DNA of 63,862 nucleotides from a virus (Duplodnaviria; Caudoviricetes): IMG/VR virus record IMGVR_UViG_3300011339_000401, positions 1 to 63,862 of that record; one strand, 5' to 3'. Shown piece by piece: positions 55,447 to 63,862 of this stretch (position 1 is its first letter; each line of letters starts with the position of its first letter). The notes under the pieces were generated by a model. It saw only the letters and a program-made list of their open reading frames with translations, ran no database searches and was not told where the DNA came from. The position numbers and the translations under genes were made by a program.

Positions 55447-55823
55447 TTCACTCCCCGTGCAATCTTCTCGAAGTGTTTTCTAGGCATACCGTGCATATAG
55501 TCAGGGGTGTACACCAGTACATCCAGCAGGGCGTTCTCAAGTTCCTTTATGCGCTCTGGCCTCGTCTGCTTGGCAAGGCGCTTCGGGGTCTTATAGTCAG
55601 GATTGTTAGCCTTCCACTTGGCCCGCGATACATCGAGACATGCCTTACATACCCTAACCGTGCGTGTTCCGCTTTTGCGGATTATAAGGTTCTCCTCTCG
55701 AAGGGGGTGTCCCTTTCCACATAGGAACTTATACTTCTTCGACTTATGCGGGCTTTTACGTCCCATCATAGGTAAGGGGGTCACCGGTAAGAGGTCCTCT
55801 AATAATTCAAAATCACTCGCCAT
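55443..55823 (-). CDS. Protein with Zn-binding CxxGH...CxxC module
   Basis: CGKGH...EN...CKAC; AAGGAG RBS. Confidence 0.7.
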   Translation of the reverse strand: MASDFELLEDLLPVTPLPMMGRKSPHKSKKYKFLCGKGHPLREENLIIRKSGTRTVRVCKACLDVSRAKWKANNPDYKTPKRLAKQTRPERIKELENALLDVLVYTPDYMHGMPRKHFEKIARGVK

Positions 55824-55826
55824 AAC

Positions 55827-56216
55827 TTACTCCTTATTCTTGTAGCGTTCTGCCACGTGCTGCTCTCGGTAGTTCGGATGGGCAAGGGCTCCCCCAATAC
55901 CATCCAGTCGGTCCTCCGCTGGTAGCGTTAGCCGTGCACTGATATTATAGTAAGGATAGCTTCCTCTTATCCGTGGGTGCATATACGCTGCTACTTCCAC
56001 ATCGGACTGCGACACGTACCGCCCACCCCATTTCTCAATGAGATGCTTCAAGGCAAACGCGCTGGTCTGCTTACTAACTATAATATCCTGCGCGTCCAGC
56101 CACTCATAGGCGATACGGATGCAGTCGTTGTGCTGGTGTAACTGCTCAGCGGTGCTGTACTTAGTCCACTTCTTCGCTTCTTCAATCTGCTCGTCGGTTA
56201 AAATATTATCCGCCAT
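55827..56216 (-). CDS. Hypothetical protein
   Basis: MADNIL start after AGGAG; LKHLIEKWGGRYVS. Confidence 0.75.
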   Translation of the reverse strand: MADNILTDEQIEEAKKWTKYSTAEQLHQHNDCIRIAYEWLDAQDIIVSKQTSAFALKHLIEKWGGRYVSQSDVEVAAYMHPRIRGSYPYYNISARLTLPAEDRLDGIGGALAHPNYREQHVAERYKNKE

Positions 56217-58026
56217 AGCTTGCTCCTTTCTTGCTCTCACAGTTTAGTGGTAGTCCCGTTGCCCACTTGGGGCGCATACGCATACAGGCTTCAACGAATC
56301 GCTGCGCCTCTTCTTCTTTCTCAATAGGAGCGATCACCCCTACGGCGTCATGCACAGTCATCACTACACGGTAGCTACGTGCAATCATCAACATCTGCTC
56401 ACCGATAATGATACGGGCCAGTGCTTGACAGACATTCTCGATTAGCTTTCCGCCGTATATGCGGGTGGAGATTACGGCTTTACCCTTTTTCTGGTTGTAG
56501 ACCATTTCGGGTCTGCTATTATCCTTATATATCCAACGCAGCTTGGGGTACTTGAGGCTCAGTCCATTGGGCAGCTTGATACCGTCTGCACCGCACACAG
56601 TTAGCACATTTGCTAACCCTAATGGTGCGGTTTGACCGTTAGCCATAGCATCCAGAGCATCGCTAGCCTTTTGCCACAGTTTAGTGATTGACGGGTAAGT
56701 ATCCCGATAAATGTTAATGATACGTCTACACTCACCTAGCTTCATATCGACACCAAAAGTCAGAAGCTGCGCCTTAAACTTTTCAGCACCCATACCGTAA
56801 CCACAGCCAAGGATGGTGGTCTTACCCACAAAACGCTGGTCATCTGTTACCTCCTCGACGGGTACACCGTAGATACGGGAGGCCATAATTCTATACACAT
56901 CCTCCCCTTGGTCAAAAGCAGTCACAAGGTCATTTTGCCCAGCCAGCCATGCCAAAGTACGCGCTTCAATCTGGCTGCTATCGCAGTCGATGAACATGTA
57001 TCCCTCCGGTGCAAGCATTGCCTTCTTCAATGGTGACTTGCGTGGTAGGTTCTGGAGGTTGACCTTATCATCCCCACCCCATCGCCCAGTATGTGCAGCG
57101 TAGTAGCGTAAGGGTACAGGCAATGTACCGCGCTCGGCAATGGTAAGAAAGCGTTCCGTGCGCGTTTCTTCAAGGGTAGACTTTACACCTAGCCGCGCAG
57201 CCACAATCGCTTGAACGACCGGGTTCTCATGTTCCAGCAGCGCCTTGAATGCCTCGTCGTTCTTAGCAAAGGCGAACGCCTCCTTGCCAGTGGCAGCGCT
57301 AGTCTTCATCGGCGGCTCGACACCGCACTTGCGAAGTATATCGGCCAGCTTAGGGTTGGACATGATGTCCGCCTTGTCTACGAGTGCCTTACTAAGCAGC
57401 GCTTCCTTGATGTCCTGCACCTTGACCAAGTGAGACGTCAGGGTCTGTTTGTCCAAGACCAGCACAGGCTCGGTGAACATACGGATGGTCAGGTCGATAA
57501 GCTGCAACTCTACTAGTGGGAAGCCATCAGCGAGGCACTTGAATAAACTATGGGTGAGGTCTGCATCATTGCAGCAATATTCCCCGTATCGGGCTAGGTC
57601 TTTAGCATTGAAGTCCAGTCGCTGTTTACCCAATGCGTTGAGTACTTCAGTGCCTTTCGCTCCCAACTGATAGTATTCGGCCAGCGCCTTGAGGCTACCA
57701 CCCACTTCCGTTCCATGCTTGGCCCTTGCCATAGACAGCGTATCCACAATCCGCTTGGGGCGAATGTCGAACTCCCAGTTAAGGATAGCCATGTCGAACA
57801 CAGCGTTGTGCGCGACAGCCACAGCATTGCCCCAAGGGAATTGATTAAGGAACATCTTGGTCGCGGCCTTCGGGCCTGAGAACCATTGGGCCTCGCCCTC
57901 GTCAACCTTTACCGATACGCCGATAGTCTCAAAACGCTCGTCACGAATGTATTCTTCCGTGGTCATTTTGGAGAGACTGAACGCTTGGTCATAGTAGGTT
58001 TCGAAGTCGATTGTGATTACCTGCAC
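56206..58026 (-). CDS. polA: DNA polymerase family A with 3'-5' exonuclease
   Basis: DFET, HNAVFD, TGRW, NLQN, DSSQIEAR, motif B RFVGKTTILGCGYG, VHD; probable GTG start at 58026. Confidence 0.95.
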   Translation of the reverse strand: MQVITIDFETYYDQAFSLSKMTTEEYIRDERFETIGVSVKVDEGEAQWFSGPKAATKMFLNQFPWGNAVAVAHNAVFDMAILNWEFDIRPKRIVDTLSMARAKHGTEVGGSLKALAEYYQLGAKGTEVLNALGKQRLDFNAKDLARYGEYCCNDADLTHSLFKCLADGFPLVELQLIDLTIRMFTEPVLVLDKQTLTSHLVKVQDIKEALLSKALVDKADIMSNPKLADILRKCGVEPPMKTSAATGKEAFAFAKNDEAFKALLEHENPVVQAIVAARLGVKSTLEETRTERFLTIAERGTLPVPLRYYAAHTGRWGGDDKVNLQNLPRKSPLKKAMLAPEGYMFIDCDSSQIEARTLAWLAGQNDLVTAFDQGEDVYRIMASRIYGVPVEEVTDDQRFVGKTTILGCGYGMGAEKFKAQLLTFGVDMKLGECRRIINIYRDTYPSITKLWQKASDALDAMANGQTAPLGLANVLTVCGADGIKLPNGLSLKYPKLRWIYKDNSRPEMVYNQKKGKAVISTRIYGGKLIENVCQALARIIIGEQMLMIARSYRVVMTVHDAVGVIAPIEKEEEAQRFVEACMRMRPKWATGLPLNCESKKGASYGG

Positions 58027-58184
58027 AACAGATGCTCCAGTTCGCGGATTGCCCACTGGATGCCTTGGATTTCTACGCCCATGTCATGTAGACCATGCGC
58101 GTCCTTCGCGTGAAGGAACACCTCCGACATATCCCAGCATACGGCTTCGCGCTTACGCAGTGCTTCGATGCGTTCTTTAATCAC
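58017..58184 (-). CDS. Small hypothetical protein (55 aa, not in the ORF track)
   Basis: GTGA overlap with the VRR-NUC stop; IKERIEALRKRE...LEHLLCR. Confidence 0.6.
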   Translation of the reverse strand: MIKERIEALRKREAVCWDMSEVFLHAKDAHGLHDMGVEIQGIQWAIRELEHLLCR

Positions 58185-58498
58185 GCCGCCGCTCCTATGA
58201 CAGTATCTTTAAGTTTGCGCACGATGTCGCGCACCATATCCCAGTTCTCTTCGTTCGCTACGACAGCCACCCCACCGCAACGGCGGATAGCCTCAAGTTC
58301 GCGCACCTGTAGGGTGGTAGGTTTGTTCGTCCCAGCCTTGCACTCAATGGCGAAGAAGTGTCCGTTTACACATGCTATAACATCAGGGACGCCACTGCGT
58401 CCGTAGCCGTGTGTTGCGGGGAAGAAGTAGTAAACGCCCTCTGATTTAAGAACGGACACTACCTTATCTTTGACTTTCTTTTCTGGCGTTTGTGCCAT
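58181..58498 (-). CDS. VRR-NUC nuclease / Holliday junction resolvase
   Basis: TPEKKV, GVPD, IECK, LQ, GG; AGGAG RBS before MAQTPE. Confidence 0.9.
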   Translation of the reverse strand: MAQTPEKKVKDKVVSVLKSEGVYYFFPATHGYGRSGVPDVIACVNGHFFAIECKAGTNKPTTLQVRELEAIRRCGGVAVVANEENWDMVRDIVRKLKDTVIGAAA

Positions 58499-58523
58499 GT
58501 GGTGGCTCCTTGTTAGGAAGGCC

Positions 58524-58551
58524 ACCTTACACCATGCCTATACATTGTCAA
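58524..58551 (-). promoter_or_regulatory. Middle promoter for the replication operon
   Basis: TTGACA-16bp-TAAGGT, just downstream of a terminator. Confidence 0.6.
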
Positions 58552-58571
58552 ACATCAAAAATAAAAAAGAC

Positions 58572-58599
58572 AAAAAAAGACCGCCACAAAGGGCGGTCT
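58572..58599 (-). terminator. Rho-independent terminator ending the early operon
   Basis: AGACCGCC/GGCGGTCT stem with a T-tract on the minus strand. Confidence 0.8.
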
Positions 58600-58626
58600 A
58601 GTGTAACTAAGTTAGGAGCAACTAGT

Positions 58627-58812
58627 CTATTTGTATTCGACGGACTCGGCTTCTGCGTAGTCCGTTAGCACCTCACGCATCTTAGCTGTGAAGTTCGGGT
58701 GTGTCTTATAGTAGTCGAGGATGTCCGTCCGCAGCCGTAGGTTTGTCAGGCTCATGGCAGGGCGCTTGCCCAGCCCACGCTGCCCTCGGTAACGTTTCGT
58801 TTCTTCAGTCAC
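58627..58812 (-). CDS. Ribbon-helix-helix protein, BrnA-antitoxin-like
   Basis: RGQRGLGKRPA...NLRLRTDILDYYK...MREVL. Confidence 0.7.
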   Translation of the reverse strand: MTEETKRYRGQRGLGKRPAMSLTNLRLRTDILDYYKTHPNFTAKMREVLTDYAEAESVEYK

Positions 58813-59720
58813 ATCATATCCTTCCCAGTAATAAAGTATGTATCTTTCGCACAGTGGACGCCCATGTCGGGGACGTATTGCCTAAGTTCCGTTAGCTTGA
58901 GTATACCCAGCTTGCGGCGCACCTCGGCTGGCAGTTCCTCTGGTAGTTTAATCTGTACATCTGTTTTATCGTCTTGGCCAGTTCGCACTACAAGATAATC
59001 ACTAGGCCGCACGATTATGGTTACGCCGCCACCATCAGGGGAGAACGACTCCTTCATCTCCTTGGCCTTCATAGCAGCCGCATAGATTTCTGGCAGGTCA
59101 GGGTCAAACTCAAGACCCGCCTTGGTAAACATGGGAGACAACGTAGCCCAGTTATACATAACAAAGTTAGTCATCTGCTGGTTTAGCTTGGCATATGGGT
59201 TCATAAACTTCTTGTGCGCTTCACTCGCTGTTTGTCCTACCACGCTACCCACAAGAGCAATTCGCTCCCGCACAATCTCGTTAGTGTTCTTCGGGCGGAA
59301 GTTCTTGAGTACATCCTTGACTGCCTTGTCCAGCTTCGTGCTCTTAGTCCAAGACCCGCGCTGTCGCTTGGCACTCAGCCTCTCGTTATCGTAGGCGTAG
59401 GTAAGCTGGCTCTCACCACCACGGTAGGTGTAAGTGGTATCAAGCTCTCCAAGCCCCTCCTCGTTTTCGGAATATACTTGAAGAGTGCCATACGCAGGGG
59501 TGTTGGTTCCGTCGTCTTGGATTACCGTCCCTTGTCGTTGCCTAGCCACAAACTTCCACTTAGGGCGCTGCTCTATTATCGCATCTACAAAGGGTGCAAG
59601 CTTAGGTGCAAGCACTGCTGGCCCTTGATATGGATTGTTCTGTGCCTGATACTCTCGCCTGTAGACATTCTTGTACCCGTCGAGTTCAAAGTATTTATAG
59701 CCTTCATGATTCATTGTCAT
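58809..59720 (-). CDS. Hypothetical early protein
   Basis: 303 aa; AAGGAG RBS; LPAEVRRKLGILK. Confidence 0.85.
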   Translation of the reverse strand: MTMNHEGYKYFELDGYKNVYRREYQAQNNPYQGPAVLAPKLAPFVDAIIEQRPKWKFVARQRQGTVIQDDGTNTPAYGTLQVYSENEEGLGELDTTYTYRGGESQLTYAYDNERLSAKRQRGSWTKSTKLDKAVKDVLKNFRPKNTNEIVRERIALVGSVVGQTASEAHKKFMNPYAKLNQQMTNFVMYNWATLSPMFTKAGLEFDPDLPEIYAAAMKAKEMKESFSPDGGGVTIIVRPSDYLVVRTGQDDKTDVQIKLPEELPAEVRRKLGILKLTELRQYVPDMGVHCAKDTYFITGKDMM

Positions 59721-59732
59721 GTTATCTGCTCC

Positions 59733-60584
59733 TTACCAATCATAGCCTTTGAGGATGTCATCGACCTTTTGCTTTAGGTCTACGCGAACACCCACTTCCT
59801 CTTTAATGTCGTCAATATCGACGTTGATTAGCGCCTGTTCCAGTTGCCGCCGCGCAGCCTCTAGCTTGGGGTCACCCGTAATGTTTAAGTGGGTCAGCAT
59901 TGCGCACATATCCTGCGCATTAGTTATGAACGTGTCGTGCCACCGCTTCTTTGCTTCGTCATCGCTGTCAGTCAGCTTGGCGCTCATGCCCGACAACATA
60001 GTGTGTAGCTTCTCCCACGGGGAACGCATGGCTTCCTCGATACGTGTAACAAAGTTAGTATCGTATTCCTGACGTATCTCGTCCATGTCCTGCTTTGGTA
60101 TGTCTAAGCGGAAGTCGCCTGACTCTGGAACGGGAGAGAACACAAGGCGGAAGTCAAACTTGCCCATCACCTCGTCAACGTGCGGGTAGTCATCAGGGTT
60201 GTGTAGGTCGCCCATTGACAGTGCCCGTGTGGTCAGCAGCCTCGGATACTCCATGCGAAACTTGTCCTTCATTTGCATGAACACATCGCGCCGTGTGTTG
60301 GCCTCCGCTTTGTAGTCGAGAAACAGGCTTGTGGGTAACAGGCGAGGGCCACGGTCAGACCAAGGTAGCGTCCGCGTGTTGTGCCACATACGACAACCAG
60401 CCGCATAGTCTGCGATGTCCTTGCGTAGTGAAGTGCCAGCCATCAGGTTCTTACGCACCTGTGCTGCGTTTGCGTCTGCCCTGTTATCAGCAGTGAGTTT
60501 GTTGGTCGCGTCCTTGTCCAGCTTGTTAGCCGTCCAGACGGAGATGTTCAGTTCAACTAGAACCGATGAAGATGAGATGCTCAT
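59733..60584 (-). CDS. DUF3150-like protein
   Basis: LVELNISVW, TLPWSDRG.RLLP, DYP, HLNITGDP. Confidence 0.7.
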   Translation of the reverse strand: MSISSSSVLVELNISVWTANKLDKDATNKLTADNRADANAAQVRKNLMAGTSLRKDIADYAAGCRMWHNTRTLPWSDRGPRLLPTSLFLDYKAEANTRRDVFMQMKDKFRMEYPRLLTTRALSMGDLHNPDDYPHVDEVMGKFDFRLVFSPVPESGDFRLDIPKQDMDEIRQEYDTNFVTRIEEAMRSPWEKLHTMLSGMSAKLTDSDDEAKKRWHDTFITNAQDMCAMLTHLNITGDPKLEAARRQLEQALINVDIDDIKEEVGVRVDLKQKVDDILKGYDW

Positions 60585-60645
60585 GTACTTGCTCCTTCTT
60601 GAGTATGTGTAACTTAGTTAGGTCGTCCGGTCTGCTATCCGGTTT

Positions 60646-60891
60646 TTATTTATCTTCGGGTTTACCCGCCAGCTTCGCCATGCGGTAAAGGCCATCGGGC
60701 ATCATCGTGATGTCCCGCATCTCACTGCTCATGTCCTGCTCCCAGACATAATAAGAAGTGCCACCCTCCTCTGTTGAGCGGTATTTCCTATGGTAGTGTT
60801 CAGCCTTGGCTAGGATTTCATGTATGCGCAGTGCATCCTCTGCCTCCACGACATAGCTGTCGTAACCGTAACGTATGATTGCTTTACCCAT
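60646..60891 (-). CDS. Hypothetical protein
   Basis: 81 aa; GAGGAG RBS. Confidence 0.75.
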   Translation of the reverse strand: MGKAIIRYGYDSYVVEAEDALRIHEILAKAEHYHRKYRSTEEGGTSYYVWEQDMSSEMRDITMMPDGLYRMAKLAGKPEDK

Positions 60892-61144
60892 TGCTTTGCT
60901 CCTCAGTTGATAAGACTAACTCGGGTTGGGTATGTTGTGATGCAGCAAAAGACATGAGTCGGTGCGCTAGGTGCCTAGCAGTCTCGGGGGTGAGGTGGAG
61001 AAACACAGCCCGCTTTCCCTTCCCCTCGCCCCGCTGTAGCCTCAACACCACACCGCCATCTTGTTTCTGCCTCAGCCAAACCTCCTCTGCTGGATACATA
61101 CCTTTATCCCTTGATGTGAACAGTCTTGCCGACAGGCGAGACAA
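60884..61144 (-). CDS. Hypothetical protein (start probably MYPAEE near 61099)
   Basis: Fills the operon gap. Confidence 0.55.
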   Translation of the reverse strand: MSRLSARLFTSRDKGMYPAEEVWLRQKQDGGVVLRLQRGEGKGKRAVFLHLTPETARHLAHRLMSFAASQHTQPELVLSTEEQSNG

Positions 61145-62330
61145 TCTTGTTGCTGTTGTAGTTGCTCTCGGTAATCACCCACAGGATTGGTGCTTCCCAC
61201 TGGTCGCCCCAGTTGTTGATGTATCCGTCAGTCAGTTGGATGATGCACTCTGGCTTGATGTTCTTCTCCTTGAGGTAGTGCATCATACAGGTTGGGTCAG
61301 TTCCACCGCCTCCCATTGGCTTAGTAGAGCTAACAAGGTTAGACATCGTTGCCATGTCGTAGACCTCATGCGCAGCCACGGCCCCGTCCCAATAGATAAG
61401 GTCGAGCGCATCGGGATGTACGTCCTCCACGATAGACTTAACCTCGGACAAGAACGTGTTAAGTTCCTGCACACCGATAGACCCTGATGTGTCGATGCCG
61501 ACAACGATGTGACCCACCTTCTCACCTACTAGGCTAGGCATATACACATCTTGCGCGAGCATACGGCGATTGACCCTGCGCCATGACGATGTGTCCTTGG
61601 CATTGCAGAACGACGAGACAAATTCGCGCAGTGCTTCGCGCCAGTCTATCTGCGGTTGAAGCAAGTCACCCAGTTCGCGGCTTAGCCCACCCTTGCCTGA
61701 CCCGTTCATCTTCTGGTCAGCGATGATACCTTGCCGCAACGCTTGGTCTATCTCGCGTTCGAGTTCCTTCTTGTCCTCGCCGCTTATCTCGGCTGCACCT
61801 TCCCAGTCGTGGTCGTCGAAACCTTCGCCGCCTTTGCCACCTTCGCCGCCTTTGCCACCTTCGCCGCCTTCTTCCTTCTCCTGCTTGAGTATGTCGAAGA
61901 CTTGCTTGGTGTGCATACCTTTGAAGCGCGGGTCATACAGGCCCATGCGCTCACCATCCTCGGTGCGGGGAAACGCTATGATAGATTCCCCTACGTCCAT
62001 ATCCACGAGCATGAGGTTGATGACGTAATCACAGGCCATGTTAGCTAGTTGGGCGTCCTCCTTGTACAGCTTGACCCATGTGGTCAGATGACGGAATGCT
62101 TTGTGGAGGTTCTCGTGTAGTATGACAAAGCCAAGGGCTTTATGGTCTAACTTTGTTATGAACTCCAAGCCATACATCTCGTCGCGGCCATTGGTGCAAG
62201 CCGTAGGTATGCCTTCGACCACGCTGGTCTTGCCGACCATCATGATGCCTGACCACAATGCGAACTTGGGGTTGCGCATCAAGTCAATCTTGACCTTCTT
62301 AAGCTTGCGCTCTGCTTTCTGCAAATCCAT
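61104..62330 (-). CDS. DUF2201-like metallopeptidase plus vWA domain protein
   Basis: TACTNG, HENLH (HExxH), NMACDYVIN, MIDAS DTSGS, GGGT, LTDG; GGEGGK linker repeats at 61821-61870. Confidence 0.88.
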   Translation of the reverse strand: MDLQKAERKLKKVKIDLMRNPKFALWSGIMMVGKTSVVEGIPTACTNGRDEMYGLEFITKLDHKALGFVILHENLHKAFRHLTTWVKLYKEDAQLANMACDYVINLMLVDMDVGESIIAFPRTEDGERMGLYDPRFKGMHTKQVFDILKQEKEEGGEGGKGGEGGKGGEGFDDHDWEGAAEISGEDKKELEREIDQALRQGIIADQKMNGSGKGGLSRELGDLLQPQIDWREALREFVSSFCNAKDTSSWRRVNRRMLAQDVYMPSLVGEKVGHIVVGIDTSGSIGVQELNTFLSEVKSIVEDVHPDALDLIYWDGAVAAHEVYDMATMSNLVSSTKPMGGGGTDPTCMMHYLKEKNIKPECIIQLTDGYINNWGDQWEAPILWVITESNYNSNKIVSPVGKTVHIKG

Positions 62331-62553
62331 GATATTCTTGCTCCTGCTCTGATAGACAAGTAGTTAGGTTTTGGTTGGAATGGTGGTCTACGACTTCATG
62401 GAACTTACGCCACGCAGCTATCTCGTCGATTGCGTCGATGAGGCTGCGCCACATACGTCCTTCCCGTTCGTAATAGACGGAGTATCGCTTGAGGGAGGCG
62501 TCATCGCCAGATGCTCTCCCCCACGGCTTCACTGCGAGTATCTTGATACTCAC
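62299..62553 (-). CDS. Hypothetical protein
   Basis: 84-aa ORF between the AAA and vWA genes. Confidence 0.6.
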   Translation of the reverse strand: MSIKILAVKPWGRASGDDASLKRYSVYYEREGRMWRSLIDAIDEIAAWRKFHEVVDHHSNQNLTTCLSEQEQEYHGFAESRAQA

Positions 62554-63617
62554 AACAGGTCTTCGTTTTCCTGCATCCAGTTACCAAAGGCCGATGAGGT
62601 GAAGGCGATGCTCTGCTTGCTTGGGTTCTTGGCGATGTTGATAGCAAAGGTCGCTTGCCACTCTGGTTCGAACCGCTCCAGATACGCCATGAGCGGGGTC
62701 ATGGTTTCTTTAGTCACCTTGGCTATCGCACCAAAGATAAGCACCGCACATGCCCCAGCCGATGTGGGTAGCGCAGCAGACTTAGGGCTGGCGATGATGC
62801 TGTCCCATGTAGGTAGCTGGTCTTGGTAGGCGATGAAGGCTTGCATATCCCGCGCCGCCGCTTCACCGATTGTGCCTGATAGCGCAGCAGTAAGAGCATT
62901 GGATGAGATGTGCTCCCGTTTGCTAACAATGTTAGAACTGCGAGACAAAGAACGTGGGCTAACATACGACTTCTGCATCGCACGGGGGTTGTAGATGTAT
63001 GGGTTATCATTCTGCCCATGCTCGGTGTATGACGACAATGCTTGAGGGAACTGCTTAACCCATGCCATGACAACAGGGTCAATGTTGTTGTTCACCGCCC
63101 AGCCAAGCCACTGGTCGCTGTCTGGTTTGGCTACGCGCACCTTGGTCACGCGGTTGAGAGTATGCCCCTTGATGACATCACCGACACCATCGGTCGAAAG
63201 ATTCGATGTGAGGAACACGATGGAACCATCGGTCAACGCAACGTCACCCAAGCGGCGGTTGTGTTCTTCGAGTAAGGGGTGAAGCATATTCTGCACAGGT
63301 GGCGGAGCCTTGGCAAACTCGTCGAGCATGATGACCACTGGCTTGCCTGATTGTAGTTGCAGTGCAGCATTAGGGAAATACTCTGTTACCCGTAACTCTT
63401 TGTTGGGACTCGGCATGGCAATGTCGCCAAGGTCTTTCTGCGCGCAGTCAAAGTAAGCATACGCATAGGCATCACCCAGCTTGGCTTTGAGCGCCTTCAT
63501 GATGGAAGACTTGCCAATCCCAGGCTCACCCTCAAGTAGGAAGATGTTGTCAGGGATGGAGACGATGAGGCTGGCTGCTTCGTCGAGGCTGATGTTTGAA
63601 CCAAAATCAATAGACAT
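62550..63617 (-). CDS. MoxR-like AAA+ ATPase
   Basis: GEPGIGKS, MLDE, TSN, SPRS. Confidence 0.9.
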   Translation of the reverse strand: MSIDFGSNISLDEAASLIVSIPDNIFLLEGEPGIGKSSIMKALKAKLGDAYAYAYFDCAQKDLGDIAMPSPNKELRVTEYFPNAALQLQSGKPVVIMLDEFAKAPPPVQNMLHPLLEEHNRRLGDVALTDGSIVFLTSNLSTDGVGDVIKGHTLNRVTKVRVAKPDSDQWLGWAVNNNIDPVVMAWVKQFPQALSSYTEHGQNDNPYIYNPRAMQKSYVSPRSLSRSSNIVSKREHISSNALTAALSGTIGEAAARDMQAFIAYQDQLPTWDSIIASPKSAALPTSAGACAVLIFGAIAKVTKETMTPLMAYLERFEPEWQATFAINIAKNPSKQSIAFTSSAFGNWMQENEDLL

Positions 63618-63862
63618 AGTAGATGCTCCGTATTTCTAACTTTGTTAGGTTTTTAGGTTGGTTAGGTTAAGTTGGCGGTTTTCCGCTGTTTTTTCTTTTA
63701 TTTATAGCACAATATACTGGCTAAGTCAACCGATGTGGTCAGGCGCATGGTGGCTCTTCACTTGAACCATGCACCGTATGGGTCGCGCTTCGCTGAATTG
63801 TTGTCGCTTACCACTCGCTCCAACACATCGTCTTTGTGTGCGAACAACAGGAACTTGTTGTA
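63610..63862. repeat. Terminal direct repeat, right copy
   Basis: Matches 1-253 with one mismatch. Confidence 0.95.

Larger units (their letters stand above)
58603..63648. promoter_or_regulatory. Dispersed palindromic operator-like sites CTAAC-N3-GTTAG (right part)
   Basis: Perfect copies at 61330-61342, 62923-62935, 63636-63648 (= 27-39); one-mismatch copies at 58603-58615, 59158-59170, 60046-60058, 60609-60621, 62147-62159. Confidence 0.8.

Noticed and set aside
58627-58812. Complete BrnT/BrnA toxin-antitoxin pair
   Set aside because: The upstream neighbour is a 303-aa protein with no BrnT resemblance.
1-63862. Alternative genetic code
   Set aside because: Standard-code ORFs tile both arms densely, with TAA, TAG and TGA all used as stops.

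Overview
The window is an apparently complete, circularly closed dsDNA tailed-phage genome of about 63.6 kb: bases 1-253 recur at 63610-63862 with one mismatch. It has two arms that diverge at about 4.0-4.4 kb. The + strand late arm (about 4.6-45.3 kb) carries HNH, terminases, portal, GroES, scaffold, a Mu-gpT-like capsid, adaptor/nozzle proteins, fibres, amidase plus holin, and ejection proteins ending in a 2368-aa polyvalent protein; with no tail tube, sheath or tape measure, the virion is probably podovirus-like. The - strand early/middle arm carries small early cassettes, MoxR-AAA/vWA-peptidase/DUF3150-like genes, VRR-NUC, PolA (Leu762 type), a methyltransferase and glycosyltransferase, an exonuclease, an SNF2 helicase and a primase-helicase. 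I recognised no integrase, tRNA, CRISPR array or reverse transcriptase. The most notable observations are: (1) a candidate virion post-translational-modification cassette, with a mirror-symmetric Pro/Gly/Asn repeat fibre protein followed by a prolyl-hydroxylase-like dioxygenase, a sulfotransferase and two paralogous unknowns, plus two glycosyltransferases elsewhere; (2) 17 copies of the palindrome CTAAC-N3-GTTAG confined to the early region, many inside genes; (3) a shared [MFY][AK]xGG peptide tag in six late proteins; (4) several structured RNA candidates, including a probable Mu-gpT-DE element. All family assignments come from motifs recognised by eye, not from database searches.
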